From assembly GCF_026210795.1 (NCBI RefSeq), contig NC_089430.1, positions 620,001 to 684,000 on the forward strand: a DNA stretch of 64,000 nt, in the 5' to 3' direction. The position numbers and the translations under genes were made by a program. Below the pieces are notes generated by a model. It did no database searches. It was given only the letters and a program-made list of their open reading frames with translations, and had not been told where the DNA came from. The DNA is from Rhizophagus irregularis (Eukaryota). Numbering within the stretch: position 1 is the first letter of the stretch; every line of letters starts with the position of its first letter. Positions 34,936 through 49,247 of this stretch are shown piece after piece.

Positions 34936-37900
34936 AACAAGGAAATAACACACCACCTACACACAAACCCACACGCAAACTTACAAAACTTACACACAAC
35001 AACCCACATACCTATAGGAAGACGTAAAGATAAGAGGCCTAAGAGTATAGACAGAGAGAAAACAGACCTAAAAAAAGAAGATAAAGAAGACCTAAAAAAA
35101 AAAAAAGACAAAGAAAAAAAAAGGATAAAGAAAATCGACATATTTATATTATTATTCAAATTGTGAGTAATGATAAAACTCGCATCATGTATTACATGAG
35201 TAATTTTTTCGCGTAAGTAATATGACCGATATGAGTAATTACATATAATCAAAAAAGGAAAATGCAGGGGTGAAAAGGATGACGTCGTGGGTGGAAGGGA
35301 GGAATATTACATGGGTTAACTATCAACTCCTTCGCTATGTTCCGGACAATAAAAGAGTGAATCTATTCCTAAGATTTGATATTACTCACCCCCTAAATTA
35401 AATTTTTGATTGGTCAATTTTTTAATCAGCTAATTTTCATTTTGCTGCAACGCAACTTTTCGCAAAAATTTTCACAAAGTATAAAAATTTCCAATATAAC
35501 TTTTTTCGCAAAAAACATTTTGTTAAAAATTTTGCAACGTAGTATTTTTATCTTACATAAACAATGATACATAATAATTTAAAAATTTTTATATAAAGTT
35601 AAGGAAGCACCGTTAAATTCATTATGTATTTTAACAAAACTACGCCTGCCAAGCGACAATGACAAATAAAATAAATAAAATAAAAGAATATAAAAAACAA
35701 TCAGAAATAAAGAAAACGAAAAAGAAATAAAAAAAAACAAAAAAAAAACGGACGAAAAGGATATAAAAAGAATAATGGGAGAGGAAATTAGGAAAAACAA
35801 GTGTAAAGAATGAAACCAATAAAGTAAGGGATGAAAAAAATGAAATCAAGATGTCAAGAACGAAATGTAAAGAGCAAACCCATGATGAAGATAAAGAACA
35901 AAACGCATAATGCATGATGAGTTAAAAGAACGAAATAACAAAGCCCACGAAATTAAAGAACAAAATCCGTAATGTTGAAGAATAAAACCCGTGAAGTTAA
36001 AGAGCAGTATAAAGTAAATGAATTTAATTAGTAAAGAACAGAAATTAGGAAACAAAACAAAGAAAAAGAAAAATAGAAACGTACGAGAAGAACATAAGAC
36101 CTAAAAAAAGAGAAAAGGAATTAAAAAACAAAAAACAAAAAAAAGGCAATCAATACCAAAAGAAAAGAAAAAAAAACCAGAATGAAGTTAAAGAACGAGA
36201 TCAGTGAAGAAAGCTAAAGAACGAAACAAGAACAAAACCTGCAAAGTTAAGTGCGGCATAAAGTAAAGGAATGTAGTTAGTAAGGAACAAATTAAGAAAC
36301 AAGATAAAAAAGAGAAAAGGAGAACGTACTTTAATTCCAAGCGAGAAAAACCCAAAGACCTAAAAAAAGAAAAAGAAAATTAGAAATGGAAAGCTAAAGA
36401 AGAAAAATACCTTCGCCGCAAAACTGGAGAACCTAAAGATCTAAGAAAAAGAGAGAAGGATTAGAAATGGAGAAGCAAAAAAAAACAACAAAAACAAAAC
36501 AAAAGAGAGAGGAAAAACATACCTTTGCCCGCAAAATAGAGAAACCTAAAGACCTAATAAGAAAGAAAAGATCAAAAAGAAAATGAAATTAGGAACAAAA
36601 TAAACGAACAAAAAAAAGAAAGAAGCGAAAAAAATATACCAGCCGTTCGTCGCTAAAGATAAATTTTCAAGCTACATTTAACAAATAAAATAATCACTAA
36701 TGATGAAGTTATTTTCACGTATTCTTTTTTCTTAATAAAAAATCGATATATCACATTATAGCCCGAGCAGTAGCAAATCTTATTCGTCACACACTTTCTC
36801 ACATGTGCGAAGTCAAATTGCGTAATGCCGACCATTTCGTTCAGGTAATGAAATTGGATTTGGCTAGAACTGAAAAAGAAGCTATTGGATATTTTTAACA
36901 AAAGATTTAAAAACAGCGGAATAAAAGAAACGTTGTGGCTCAGAGATGAATGTTTTGTCACGAATAAAGATGATTCTTTTTTTTTGAAACAGCATGTCTG
37001 GAGTCAAGGATGTAGTTACGTCACTTTCGCGAGGGCGTTATGAAAAACAACATTCGACCCGTCCAAGGTCAGAAACTGGATGCAGAAGAAGAGCCACCAC
37101 GGAAAAATGAGACAAATCAGGAAGACGGTAGGAAGACGAAAAAGTCATATACGAAAAAACTAGCGCCTTACTCCTTACTGCGCCTTAATTTGATACGGGC
37201 GAGCTGTTCTTGTAGTAGTCCCAATACAGTTGTAGATAAATTTTCTTAATGTTACGAAAATGTTATAATAGTAGTTGAAATACTTTGTGAATAAGTTCAA
37301 GGAACCTTTCGTTCAATTAAAAAAAATTTTTTTTTTGCTCTCGTATGTCATGTATGTCATGGGAGTTACCTACCTACATCACCTACAACAAATCAGTTGT
37401 TGCCTGTTGGACATAAAGTTATAATTATTGGCGATCGGTCTTGGCATCAGTAATCTCCATATTTCAATTATTTCAATTATTTTGTAATTATAATTGTCTT
37501 TTATCACTCTAATAAACAATGAAAATTTAAAATTAACTGAAATCTTCATATTCAACAAAAAAACTAATTTTAAAACCGATTGTTGCAAATTAATTAAATC
37601 ACTTACATCACTGCGCTCCCATCATCGTAGCCTTGGCAAAAAAGATCATAATTTGGTACTATATCCAATATCATATTGACAGTATGAAATCGAAGTTTAA
37701 GAAACCTACTCTAATCATTCCTCTTCCTTTTTCTTCATCTTATTCCTCAGTTTGAATTTCTTCATTTTCTAAAAAGTTATGGAGAAATATTAACAATCAT
37801 TAACATGCAAAATAACAAATCAATACCTGTAGAAATAAGAATGAACGAGCGTTCATTTTTTAGAATAATTCTTTTTATGGAAGAAACTCTCCAGAAAATT

Positions 37901-38779
37901 TGTTATTTGTTGAGACTAAGTCCCTGATAATCTCCAAGCAAGGGGTATTTGGTCCTAATACTTTATCCATTTTTAATGTAAAATTGGGATTAAAATACTC
38001 CAACATCGTTTAGAATATTATTCAATAGCGAAAGCGGTAGATGATGTTCGAAATGTTATTAAGGGTGATATGACTCATGACCAAAAGAAACGGGCTACGA
38101 CTATCACGATAAAAAAGACGATAGGTGTGAAGGCGGATGAATTACACCAAAAAAACAATATTTCTTCTCAACTCAATAATATGTAGAATTGTTACGGCCA
38201 CATTCTCCAAGAGGTAAATAGCTACTTGTTATTTTGTGTTAATTGTAGATGTTCGAAACCATGATATAAATTTAAATATGGTCGAAAGGTTGTCTATATT
38301 GTTAAAGTTGATCATCCTATGAGCGCCACAATGTAGTCAAATAAAATTATTACATTTTGATATTCAAATTGATGTTCTCTGAAAGTCAGCCTTTATTTTC
38401 GGTGGCAGGTAGGAATAAACTTGAAAATTCTCTATGCAATGATTCATACACCCGAAATGCTGCACCTCATGAAAATATAGTTTAAACATAGTTCTATAAT
38501 CAATATCGATATGATAAAAAAAAAGAAAAAAATTCTTAATTTACAATTTTCTTATCACCTCTGATATATGACGTCACTTGTGTTATGATAAATTGTTTCG
38601 TCAAAATATTTTTAATTTTTTTTTCTTATTAAAACGAAATCCTGAACTCAATACTTTTGAATCTTAAAAAGTTATATATGGAGTATTAACATAACTGTTG
38701 ACGAATGAAGTAATTGTGATTATCAACACATCTTTGGTGGGGCAGGTGGGTATAAGAAAACCACATTTTGTTTGAAATT

Positions 38780-38905
38780 AATATGCGAGTAAATTGGTAC
38801 AAGATTTCTGTGAAACAAGATGAAAAGAAAATTAAATATGCGAGTAAGTTGGTACAAAAGTAAATTTATATGCGAGTATATTGGTACAAAAATTTCTGTG
38901 AAACT
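38780..38905. repeat. Short tandem repeat, 3 copies of ATATGCGAGTA..TTGGTACAA
   Basis: Visible near 38781, 38836 and 38867. Confidence 0.7.
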
Positions 38906-41900
38906 TACAAAAAAATAGGTTTATTTGTGGGAGTTTGGTATCCGGAAGTTTCACAAGTTTCACAAGAGAGCAAATACAAGAATTTGATTGGGGATGAACA
39001 TGGTTTTGTCTACAATTCTGGGCGGGTTAATAAGAAATAATAATTTTTTTTAATAATTTCAGCTGAAATTAAGATCAACCATATAAAATTCTTGATAAAT
39101 ATTTCAATGACTATATTTATTTAGGGAAATTTTCTTTACATGGTTAATTCTTTTTTTATTTAACATATATGTATATATATATTTTTTGATTTAAACTATT
39201 TAAAACTGCAACTTCCTTATCATTTGATCATCGGGTTTAATTTCCAATGTCCGAATGAAATAGAACTTTTAGCCAGTTGTACAAGACTTGAAATATTTAT
39301 CATGACGATTTTTTATGGAAAAATAAAAATTGTTTTACATGACGCACCAATTAAAAATAAAATTATTCATTGATATCAAAAAGAAAAAATTTTATAAATT
39401 TTATTATATTTTGCTTGTAAAAAAATCTGGAAGAAATAAAATGTAGAGTTTCCGCCATTAAGAGTTATTGTACATATGATATATAATTAATTTAGTATTA
39501 TCAATATATATACACTTTTTTATATGAAAATAAATATGGCTTAAATCAGATTTGTCATTAGCTTAGTATGGATTTCAATAATTTATAGAGATTGGGATTT
39601 TCGAACAAAGAGATCAAAGGGACGTGATACAAGCACGTGATTTTGGTGATTACGAAATATTACGCAATCAACACATGCGTCTTTTGATAATTTGATTGGA
39701 AGAGGAAGTGTGTTGTACTCCATGATGCTTCACAGAACAGAATAGCAAAAAAGAAAAATTCGGTCTATCAGATAATGCAAATTCGTGTGACAAAATTTGC
39801 AATCATATTTTTCCGAATAAAATTTTTAATTATAGTTATCATTAAAAGAAGTGGGGACGAAAAAAAGAAATCAAAAAAGTATTCTTAAAAAATTATTTAC
39901 ATGATACATATTTTATATTTTGAGATGAATAACATTGAAAAAAAAAATTTTTTTAGAAAAAATTATTATTTTTTTTTTATTATTTTTATTTACAGTATTT
40001 CACGCTAAAAAAATCAATAAAAAAAATACCGTCAAACTTCTGCCATTGGATTCTTTTTTCTTTTTTTCTAATTTGTTTATATTGATTATGTTTTTATTGT
40101 CATGATGCAGGTGAAATGAATATATCAAAACATGTATCAATTATTCCTTATTAATTATAAAAAAAAATTAAACTGACGACAAAATTTTGATAATCCCTCC
40201 GGATATATAATATTTACTGTATAAATAAAAAATTTATATTATTATCATCGGTATCATCGGTTTTATTCTGTGATACTTTAATTGCATATCTTTTTTAAAC
40301 AAGTTTTTTTTTTTTGGACTCAAATTAGGATAATACATACTTTTTTTATTCATTTGGTTTTTCATTTAAAAACTTTAAAGACAATCAATTATTACTAATA
40401 AAGATTTATATTATTAGATTGTAAAACATACTTTTCTTTTTTAATATAATTAAAATTTCTTTGTTATCAATCGCTTAATCAATTTCTAATGTTTTTCATT
40501 GTGTGAGAAAATAATTTTTTTGATTTATAATTTATTGTTAAGAATTCTATAAATTATGTAATATTACCTTATCATTATCTAAAAAAATTGGCGTTTTTCG
40601 TTCGTTTCATGATTCGCATTTTCTGTGAAAAAAAAAGGTTAGAATAAAATAAAATAAAAAAAATAAATAATATATTTAATATTTAAATTATAATAGATCG
40701 ATTATTTATATTGTTTTTTAATTTAATGACTCATCATCGGACATTCGGACCCTTTTTTTTCATCAGTTCCTTCTTTTTTCCATCAGTTTCTTTTTTTCTA
40801 TCAGTTCCTTTTTTTAAAAAAAAAAGATTTTTTTTTTGAATAATTTTTCTTTTAAAGTTACTCCTATCGCATTTGATCATTAAAGTTTAATTAAATAAAT
40901 CATTTGTACTACCATCATTATTAAAAATTATTTACGTTTATTCATAATAATATTTTTCGAATAAATTATAATTATAAATTTTATTTTTTATTTTTTTTAT
41001 ATAATTATTTAACTTTTGAAACCAAAAATTTACAATGCGACTAACAAATATATTTCCTATATAAAAAATAATAAAAAAAAAATTTTATAAGACAATTATG
41101 AAAAAATATATCTGACATGAAAAATTTGATATTATTTTTTTAAATTTTTTTTAATGGGAGTACAAAAAAAAATTTCTTTTGTTCCTCTTTCGATTACCTT
41201 TTAAAGAATTCATTTGGGTATCACGAAATGTCATACAATGAAACTACAAACAAATCGATTGGAGATGAGTATATGAAAGATGATGCACATATCCAAAAAC
41301 AATCCAACAAATGTTTCCAAATTAGGATTAGGCTTACAAAACATCGATTTAAACCAAATATGATTTCATATAAATATATATCAATATTTCAAATTCGGAA
41401 AAAAATTCGACTCATCATTTTCATTTAAAGTTTTTTTTTTCTCTTTACGTGCAAATCTTTTTCAGCCCACTAAGAAATAAATAAAAAAAAAAATGTAAAT
41501 AAAACAGGTTTTTTTTTCCCAACCACCATTAGTAAATAAACCTTAAGTATTTTAATTAAAAAAGGAAAGTGCATATCTAAGTGGCTTATCTAAATAATTT
41601 ATTTATTATTTTATATATATTTATTTACGCAATAACAATAAGTTTAAGTTTCTTTTCGGATCAAAAAATCAGAAAATTGGAAATATTGTTAAACTATACT
41701 AACTCCGTGGGAATAAAAATATTGACCTGCTGATAATTTGTCATGGTACGTTAATTGTACGTTAATTGCAGATAAAAAAATTGCAAGTCCTAATGGTTCC
41801 GAAAAATAAAAAAGAAAAAGGAAAATAAGTTCCTATCTTGATATTTGTGACTATACTATTTGTGGTATACTAAACCCATCTTTGATAAGATGTTGTAAAA

Positions 41901-42712
41901 GAAAAGAATAGAAAAAAAAAGTTCATGGTTTCATTGTTTTAAAAAATGAAAGATCTGCAGATAAACCATCGTAATACAAAAGTATACAACTGATACGTTA
42001 TACGTTACCGCAGTTCATGAAAAAAATCTCACAAAACAAGTTTTTTTTTTTTTACAATAAAAACAATATTTCGTATTCTTATCTCTTTTCTTATCTTTTT
42101 TTTCATTTAACCCAATTTGTTCTTTTTATTTAAATGTTTACAGGAGAAAAAAAATTGTTTCAAGATTGATAAAAATTTCTTGATATATTCAAAATCATGT
42201 TTTTTAATTATTAATTCGTGATTATTCTTTATTATTTGTAATCCTGTAAATATATTATATGATAATATAATAGTGATCTAATTTATGATTTATATAATTT
42301 TCTCACGTATATGCGTAATGCGTTACATGCATTTCAATGCGTTATATTAAAGTTTTTTGAATGATGATGAATTATTATTATTGTTTATTATTATTATTAT
42401 TATTTTGATATTTACAGTAATCTCCAAAATAAGGAAATTGAATAAAAGTGCATGTCAATCAATCAATTTATAGTTCATTCATCGTTTATCAATTTTCTTC
42501 AAAGATAATCTTTACCGAATATATAAACGTTAAAATATTACTTATAAAATTAATAATGATGAAAATAGTTATAAATAGGCCTTACAAAAGACCAAGGGTT
42601 TTTTTTTTTCCTCAAAAACAATAAAAAAATATTAAAAATAATTAACTTTTGATCATATTAAAAACAATACAAAAAAAAACAAAACAATCCCCAAATTTTT
42701 TTAATAAACGTA

Positions 42713-43357
42713 ATGGAATCAGTCTCATTTTCATCGGATCATACTTCTTATGATTGTTGTATTTATCAGTATAATCAATATCAACAACATCAACAATACC
42801 AATTATACCAACATTGCCAACAATATCAATTAAATCAACATTATCAACAACCTCAACCCCAACCCCAACTTCAATACCCTCAGCATCCTCAACATCAACT
42901 GCCTCAACAACCCCAACAACTTCAACAACTTCAACAATTTCAACAATTTCAACAACCTCAACAATTTCAACAATTTCAACTACCCCAACAATTTCAACAA
43001 TTTCAACAAGAGCCTCAACAAGAGCCTCAACAACCTCAATATGTTCCTCAACAACCTCAACAGCCTCAATATGCTCCTCAACAACCTCAACAACCTCAAT
43101 ATGCTCCTCAACAACAACAACATTATCAACAACAACAACAACAACAACAACAACTACTATTCCAACATCTTACCTCCAGCACTATGACAACAACGGTAAT
43201 TACAAATGACGGCAATCGGTACGATCTGGAGGCCGTATCGATCACTAATGGAGTGGCTAATTCAGCAGCCACAATATTAAATAATCAAGAAAATGTGAAT
43301 ACCGTTTATGTAAACGGTATTCTATATAATCACTTTCATTTTATTACCTTTTTTTAA
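42713..43357 (+). CDS. Gln/Pro-rich low-complexity hypothetical protein (214 aa)
   Basis: Single ORF with non-repetitive termini; CAA repeats vary in codon frame; TATAAATA near 42570. Confidence 0.5.
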   Translation: MESVSFSSDHTSYDCCIYQYNQYQQHQQYQLYQHCQQYQLNQHYQQPQPQPQLQYPQHPQHQLPQQPQQLQQLQQFQQFQQPQQFQQFQLPQQFQQFQQEPQQEPQQPQYVPQQPQQPQYAPQQPQQPQYAPQQQQHYQQQQQQQQQLLFQHLTSSTMTTTVITNDGNRYDLEAVSITNGVANSAATILNNQENVNTVYVNGILYNHFHFITFF

Positions 43358-44373
43358 ATTTTTAAATTTTTTTATTTTTATTTTAATTTTTTTTTATTTT
43401 ATAAATTAATTTATTGTATTTTTTATTTCAAAATAATAAAAATAAAAATTTCGTTTATTTAAAAACAAGCCAGTATTTTTTGAACTGTAAACTGTAATTC
43501 TAACTGAAATTGTTAACGTATTACCAAAATAGCTACAGTAATGCCTAAAAACTGCGCCACAAATCGATCATGTGAAAAATTCTTTTAACCAAAAAAAATG
43601 GAAAAATTTCACAATCGGCAAAACGTTTATATATGAGAATACAGCGCGTAAATATTTTAGGAATCTGAAAGGAAAGATTTTTTCTTTTTTTGTATATTTT
43701 CTCTTTGAAAAATTATGAATCTTTCTTTAAAAAAAAACAGGTTAAATTTTATTCTCCACTATGTATAATACGACCATAATTACCCAAATAAATTCAAAAT
43801 CCAAGCCATTGTATCTTTGAGTATGCCAAATACTTATGAGGCACTAATTGTTTGATATTTGGTAATTTTCAAAAAAAAAATTAAATAATTTATTTGCAAC
43901 TTGTGATTAATTTTTCACTTTTGCATCGCCGCTTCACCTTACATAAGTCACATGATGTGTTACACAAATTTTTTGTATTGTTCAATTACTGGCCATTAAC
44001 TATTTATTATAATTATTTATATGATAAACTAATTCTAACATTTATTTCAAGAAAAACAAATTATACTTAGAAAGCTGTTGTATCATTATTATTATGAAAA
44101 GAAAGGATGGATGGTAATTATCGTTATAGGAATTAAAAAAAGAGAATTCCATATACACTTGATTAGGTGATTCATTATTTGTGTAGCTATAACTGATTTT
44201 GAGCTTTTTTCCTATATCTTACACTTCTTAGTAGTTTAACAATTTCCAGATAATTACAAGGTTTTTATGAATTCTAATTATAATTCAAAGTGATACCGTC
44301 TATTTGTGTCACCGGTACCCACGTCCATCATTTGGACTATTAGTTTAGGTATAGAATGAAATTTAAATAAAAT

Positions 44374-45404
44374 AAAGAAGCGCCAAGAGAGTTTTATAAG
44401 TTATATAATCAATGGAGTTATAAGGCAGAATTTTTATCCTTGGACATGTGTCGATATTATAGATTTAATAATTCAATGGAAAAAGTTGATTGGTGTCGTT
44501 CAATCAGAATTATCATGAAAGCTTTTAATGATGAAAATACAGATAGGAATAATTTTGATAATGCTTATAAAGTCAAAAATTTTTTGGAAATTTTACCTGT
44601 GGCGAATTTATTAAATAAGCGTAATCCAGAATTATATCAAAGTGGAAGATGTATACGTTGTAATTACACAATTGAAACATGGACACATATCTGGATATGT
44701 AATAAAGCAGATACGTCTATCATTCAAATAATTAATGCAGCTTTTGAAATTTTAAAAGCTAAGTTAGATGAAAAAGATTTTAGGATACATTATAATTACC
44801 ATGCACGTTTACTACGTATTTTGAATGAAAAGCCGAGAGTGGTTTTTAATGGTAGAATCTTTCATGAAGCCATTAAAGGCATAGTTAATGAAAGGTTGTT
44901 TTTGGAGATGGAGGATAAATTTTTTAAGGACGCTATAGCAAGTTTTGTAGAGGATATACATGATATGGCCAGAAAATTCATGTGGAGTGAGCGTTGTAAA
45001 AGTTTTAATGAATGGGAAATAAAGCAGGGCATAACGAAACAAATGAAAAAAAGTGAGTAAACTGTATAAATCTTCATTACCTAGCTTGGGTTATGATGAG
45101 AAAAAGAAAAAAAAATTTATTTCTGATGTTTTGCAAAGGTGGACAGGGTATTATATTAATAATGATATAGCAGCTAAAAGTATTTGGTATGAAATAGGTG
45201 TAGAAGATTTATGGAAATATAATAGTTTAGTTACATTTAGATCTTCTAATTATGCTTCTAATTTTAGTATTCTAGATTAGTTCGGTTAGTATAGTTTTTT
45301 TTTTTAGATAGATGCTTTATTAACAGATGTTTACGTCTATATTATAATAGGTTGTTTTATATAATTATTATAATATTAATAAAGTTTTAAATTGGAAAAA
45401 AAAA
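44374..45404 (+). mobile_element. 5'-truncated LINE (3' end of ORF2 plus poly(A))
   Basis: CIRC...ETWTHIWIC finger; AATAAA at 45378; poly(A) from 45396; 15-bp TSD AAATTTAAATAAAAT (44359-44373, 45405-45419). Confidence 0.85.
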
Positions 45405-45560
45405 AAATTTAAATAAAATCGTAAAAAAACAAGTGAAGATAAAACGAGTTTTTACTTCACATATTTAAAAAATAATAAAAAAATATTATGTTAAATTTCT
45501 ATTTGTGTAGTGAGTATAGTAAGTATGAGTTGAAAATATGCCGCATAGTAAACTTTTGGG

Positions 45561-46321
45561 TAGTGCTCCTTCCGGGTCAAGTCGGGTCGGGTTTTGAGGA
45601 AATATTCGACCCGATCTGAATAAAAAAATATAAGACTCAGATTTATTCGGGTCTCATATTTTCGTAACCCGACCCTTGACTCGACCGAGTATAATTTAAC
45701 TCGTGTAACCCGGGTTAGACCCGAACATTTAAGTAAAATGGGTACTAACTGAGGATTTCTTATAATAATAAAAAAATTAATTTCCTTTTATTTGAAAAAA
45801 AGGTGACTTAGTGATTAACCACTAGTAGCCACCTGAAATTTGTATCATGAATGGTTATACAAAACATGTAACACTAGCTCTTATTTTTCTCCTTGACTAA
45901 TTAACTAAAAATACGAATTTTGAACCTGGTTTAATATACTGTAATAAAAGTCAAAGAATTAGGCAAAATAATTAGCAGATATTCAAATCAAAGATAAATT
46001 GGAATTCTAAAGCTATCAGAAAAATATTATTCTCAAAAGCCAAAGGTTAATTTTTTTATTTTTCTGCTTAAGCTATGCTTAATATTTGTTAAAACTAATT
46101 CTTGGCTTAATTTTGGCCAAAATTATAATTTTGCCAGAATTAAAAACATCCGGGTCGATCCGGGTCAAACCCGGGTCAAGGAAATTTATGACCCGACCTG
46201 GCGGGTTGGGTCATGCGGGTCATGCAGGTCACGAGTCATTAAAAATCGTTAGTACCGACCCGATTTAAAAGTCGAGTCAGGTCAAATTAACCCGGGTCGA
46301 CTCGTATCGTTCGGAGCACTA
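45561..46321. mobile_element. hAT-type MITE with GACCCG subterminal repeats
   Basis: TAGTGCTCC...GGAGCACTA; 8-bp TSD CTTTTGGG on both sides. Confidence 0.9.
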
Positions 46322-46333
46322 CTTTTGGGACTA

Positions 46334-46472
46334 TTAGCCGAAAAATGGAGCTGAATTCCTGATTGCCGATCATCCGGATCCGGTTTAATCACAGAAAATC
46401 CACTGGAATTCCACGACGATCTACGCCTGAGCCGGGTCCGGATCACGTTGCGGCTAATTATTTTTCGGCTAA
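46334..46472. mobile_element. Small MITE-like hairpin
   Basis: TTAGCCGAAAAAT ... ATTTTTCGGCTAA with internal ATCCGGA inverted matches. Confidence 0.55.
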
Positions 46473-47951
46473 CTACACCATTATTGTTTAAAAAGGTGAA
46501 ATCATCTAATTAATAAATATATTAAAATAAAAGAATAAAAAATATAATTTAATATTATTTGGAAAAATTATTTTTGGTTAATACTTAATATAATTGATAA
46601 AAAAAATGTATAGTTATGTTGAAAAAATTATCTATTATTATATGAAAGTTCTTAATCGAAGCTTTTATTTATATAAATTCCATTAATTTTTGTCAATTTT
46701 TTTTTTTATTTTATAATGTTACAACGATATATAAAAAAAATCAAATGTTGATGTATAAATCAAACCGTAAATTAATATTTTATGTTTGGTTTATATTGCC
46801 ATTTACCAAATCTACTGTATAAGTAAAGATGGAATCTGTATCCGTGCGAGAAAATAAAATACGTGTTCACAAGATAAATGTTTGAAACAAAACAAAGAAT
46901 ATTTTTTTTAAAAAATAAACAATAATTGAAATAATAGGTTAATTATTTTACATAAAAAAAAACTTATAAACGTCATCGTTGTTGTTTATTTTTACATCGC
47001 CGACGACTTTCATGATGACTCAGTAGATGAGGATCCATCATTATCAGTTAGGTTCTAATAGTGTTAACTTAATAATGAACAATTAATTAATCGATAGTAT
47101 GCTAGTTATCATTCTTTTATTAGATTTGACTTTAGATTATCTATGGAATTTTGTAAGAATGATAAAAATAAATAATTTAATTATATATTAAATGTTAGCA
47201 AAAAAAATATACAGTATATATATTTCGTCACTAATAACGTGACAAATTTAACGTGGATATCACGTGATTAATAAGGCAATCCCGCAGAAAGAGGGTGACA
47301 TTTTGGCGTAATTCCCTAATTGTCACACGTCAATCGTCCCTAAAATTTATAATATACACCAATAAAAACAGTACGCCGACCACGTGAAAAATTGTGACAT
47401 TATCGAAAATTTATTTATATTATTTTACTTTAATAGTTGACTACACTAAAATAAAATGAATAAAATTTTACTTTAATAGCACTATAAATTTTAAATAACA
47501 AACTATGTTGTTTGACAAATTTTTTAATAAATTACTTCCAAATTAACTCTAGTCCTACGGGCTTACCATATTACTTAATAAAAATTTTGAAATCCTTTTT
47601 ACAGATATTTTTTTTTTTGCACCATGCGCAGCAAGTATAATCAACACCCGGTAAACCTGGCATCATAAATTGCTAAACGTTAGCTACACACAGAGGCGCA
47701 GAACGTGATCAATAATAACTTTCCCGAAAAAATTCCGTATATTACATGATTGCAGAATTTTTTCAGGTGTTACTGGGGTCGCTATCAATTGTTGCTTATA
47801 TTGAAACTCTCCAAAATAAAATGGTTCAATGTTATACATAACCAGTCGACTTATTTAATAATCCAAAATCTTAAATATTAGTAATATTTGAATAATAATT
47901 GGTAGTTTAAACCAAGTTAATCAGAGATAATACTTGCACGGAATGATAAAC

Positions 47952-48256
47952 TAGTGTTCCGAAAGGGTCGGGTCAAACCCGAGTTGACCCGACTTGTATT
48001 TAGGAGTCGGGTTGGGGTCGCATGATTTGATGACTCGTAACCCGCATGAACTCGACCCGACCCGTCGAGTCAGGTTACTTTCTATTATATTTTTAACTAA
48101 AAATTTCAATTTTAAATACAACTTGACGGGTCGAACCCGGGTTATCCGAGTCAGACTATAGTCAAGTCAAGTCGAATCCGAGTCGTTACTTTTACACTCG
48201 GGTCGAGTTCGAATACACCTCAAAACCCGACCCGACTCGACCCCTTCGGAACACTA
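47952..48256. mobile_element. hAT-type MITE related to 45561-46321
   Basis: TAGTGTTCCGAAAGGGTCG ... CGACCCCTTCGGAACACTA; GATAAAC occurs on both flanks (imperfect TSD). Confidence 0.85.
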
Positions 48257-49247
48257 TCAGATAAACTAAGTAATTAAAAATTCTATATTTTCAGTATATA
48301 CTTATTAATATATTAAATTCTGTTTAAATTCTCCCTCAAATTCATCTTAAAAATCTATTATATTCGAATTTTTCAACTATTCTTCTCGCCTCATATTTTA
48401 AACTATATATTTTTCTAAGTTATTTGACTAAATTGTAATAACGTAGGATGCCTACCTTCCCATTTATCAAAGGATAATTTTAAAGATTTGATTTAATATT
48501 ATTACGAAAATAACCAAATCTAAATAACTTTTTCTAATGAAATCCTAAAATAAACAATCCAATTAATTGTTGAAATTTTTCTAATTCTAAAAAATACAAT
48601 AAAAATTATAGAATACCATTAGATCCTTTTAAATTATGTAATTAAAAAATTATTTAACTTTTAACAATATTATTATTAAATAAAAAATATTGTTACAAAA
48701 AATTGATGTTACGCGAAAATAAGGTGATAGTCAGATGATGGATGATGATTTTAAAATTGTTATTTAGGAAGGAGATTTTATTCTGTACGTCTTATTGAAT
48801 CCAGAATTTTTTTATTGGACAAAATCATATTTGTTACAAATTTACATTTATTATTAATTTATCGTAAAGAATCAAAATTTCAATTTAATAAGCATTTTTT
48901 TTTTTTCAGAACGTTTCGACATTTATCTTATTACATCCTGTTTGATATACAGTATACTTGTATTATTGAATTATTTTTTCCCTCATATTATTTAATCAAA
49001 ATATTACCATAGCTTGTGAGTGAGACTATTGTGGTCAGTGATTACACTTATATCACAATTAATCACAATAGAAAACATCGTTAGTATGATGTTACAATAC
49101 TTCATATTTTCAACGAATGTTTATCGGTTGGACGTGTTTTGATATTTAAATATTTAGCTTTATTTATAAGCAAATAAAAAACAATAAACAAAATAAATCA
49201 ACCCTAAAGTTAAATATTAACCTATAAACTCTACAATAATACTAATA

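Noticed and set aside
34110..35252. Long F/P/L-rich ORFs in three frames
   Set aside because: The pyrimidine strand of the minisatellite lacks stop codons; no coding signal.
35579..36961. Hydrophobic Phe-rich minus-strand ORFs
   Set aside because: Explained by A-skew of the plus strand.
42814..43209. Ser/Thr-rich mucin-like ORF
   Set aside because: Alternative frame of the CAA repeats with a non-ATG start and no signal peptide.
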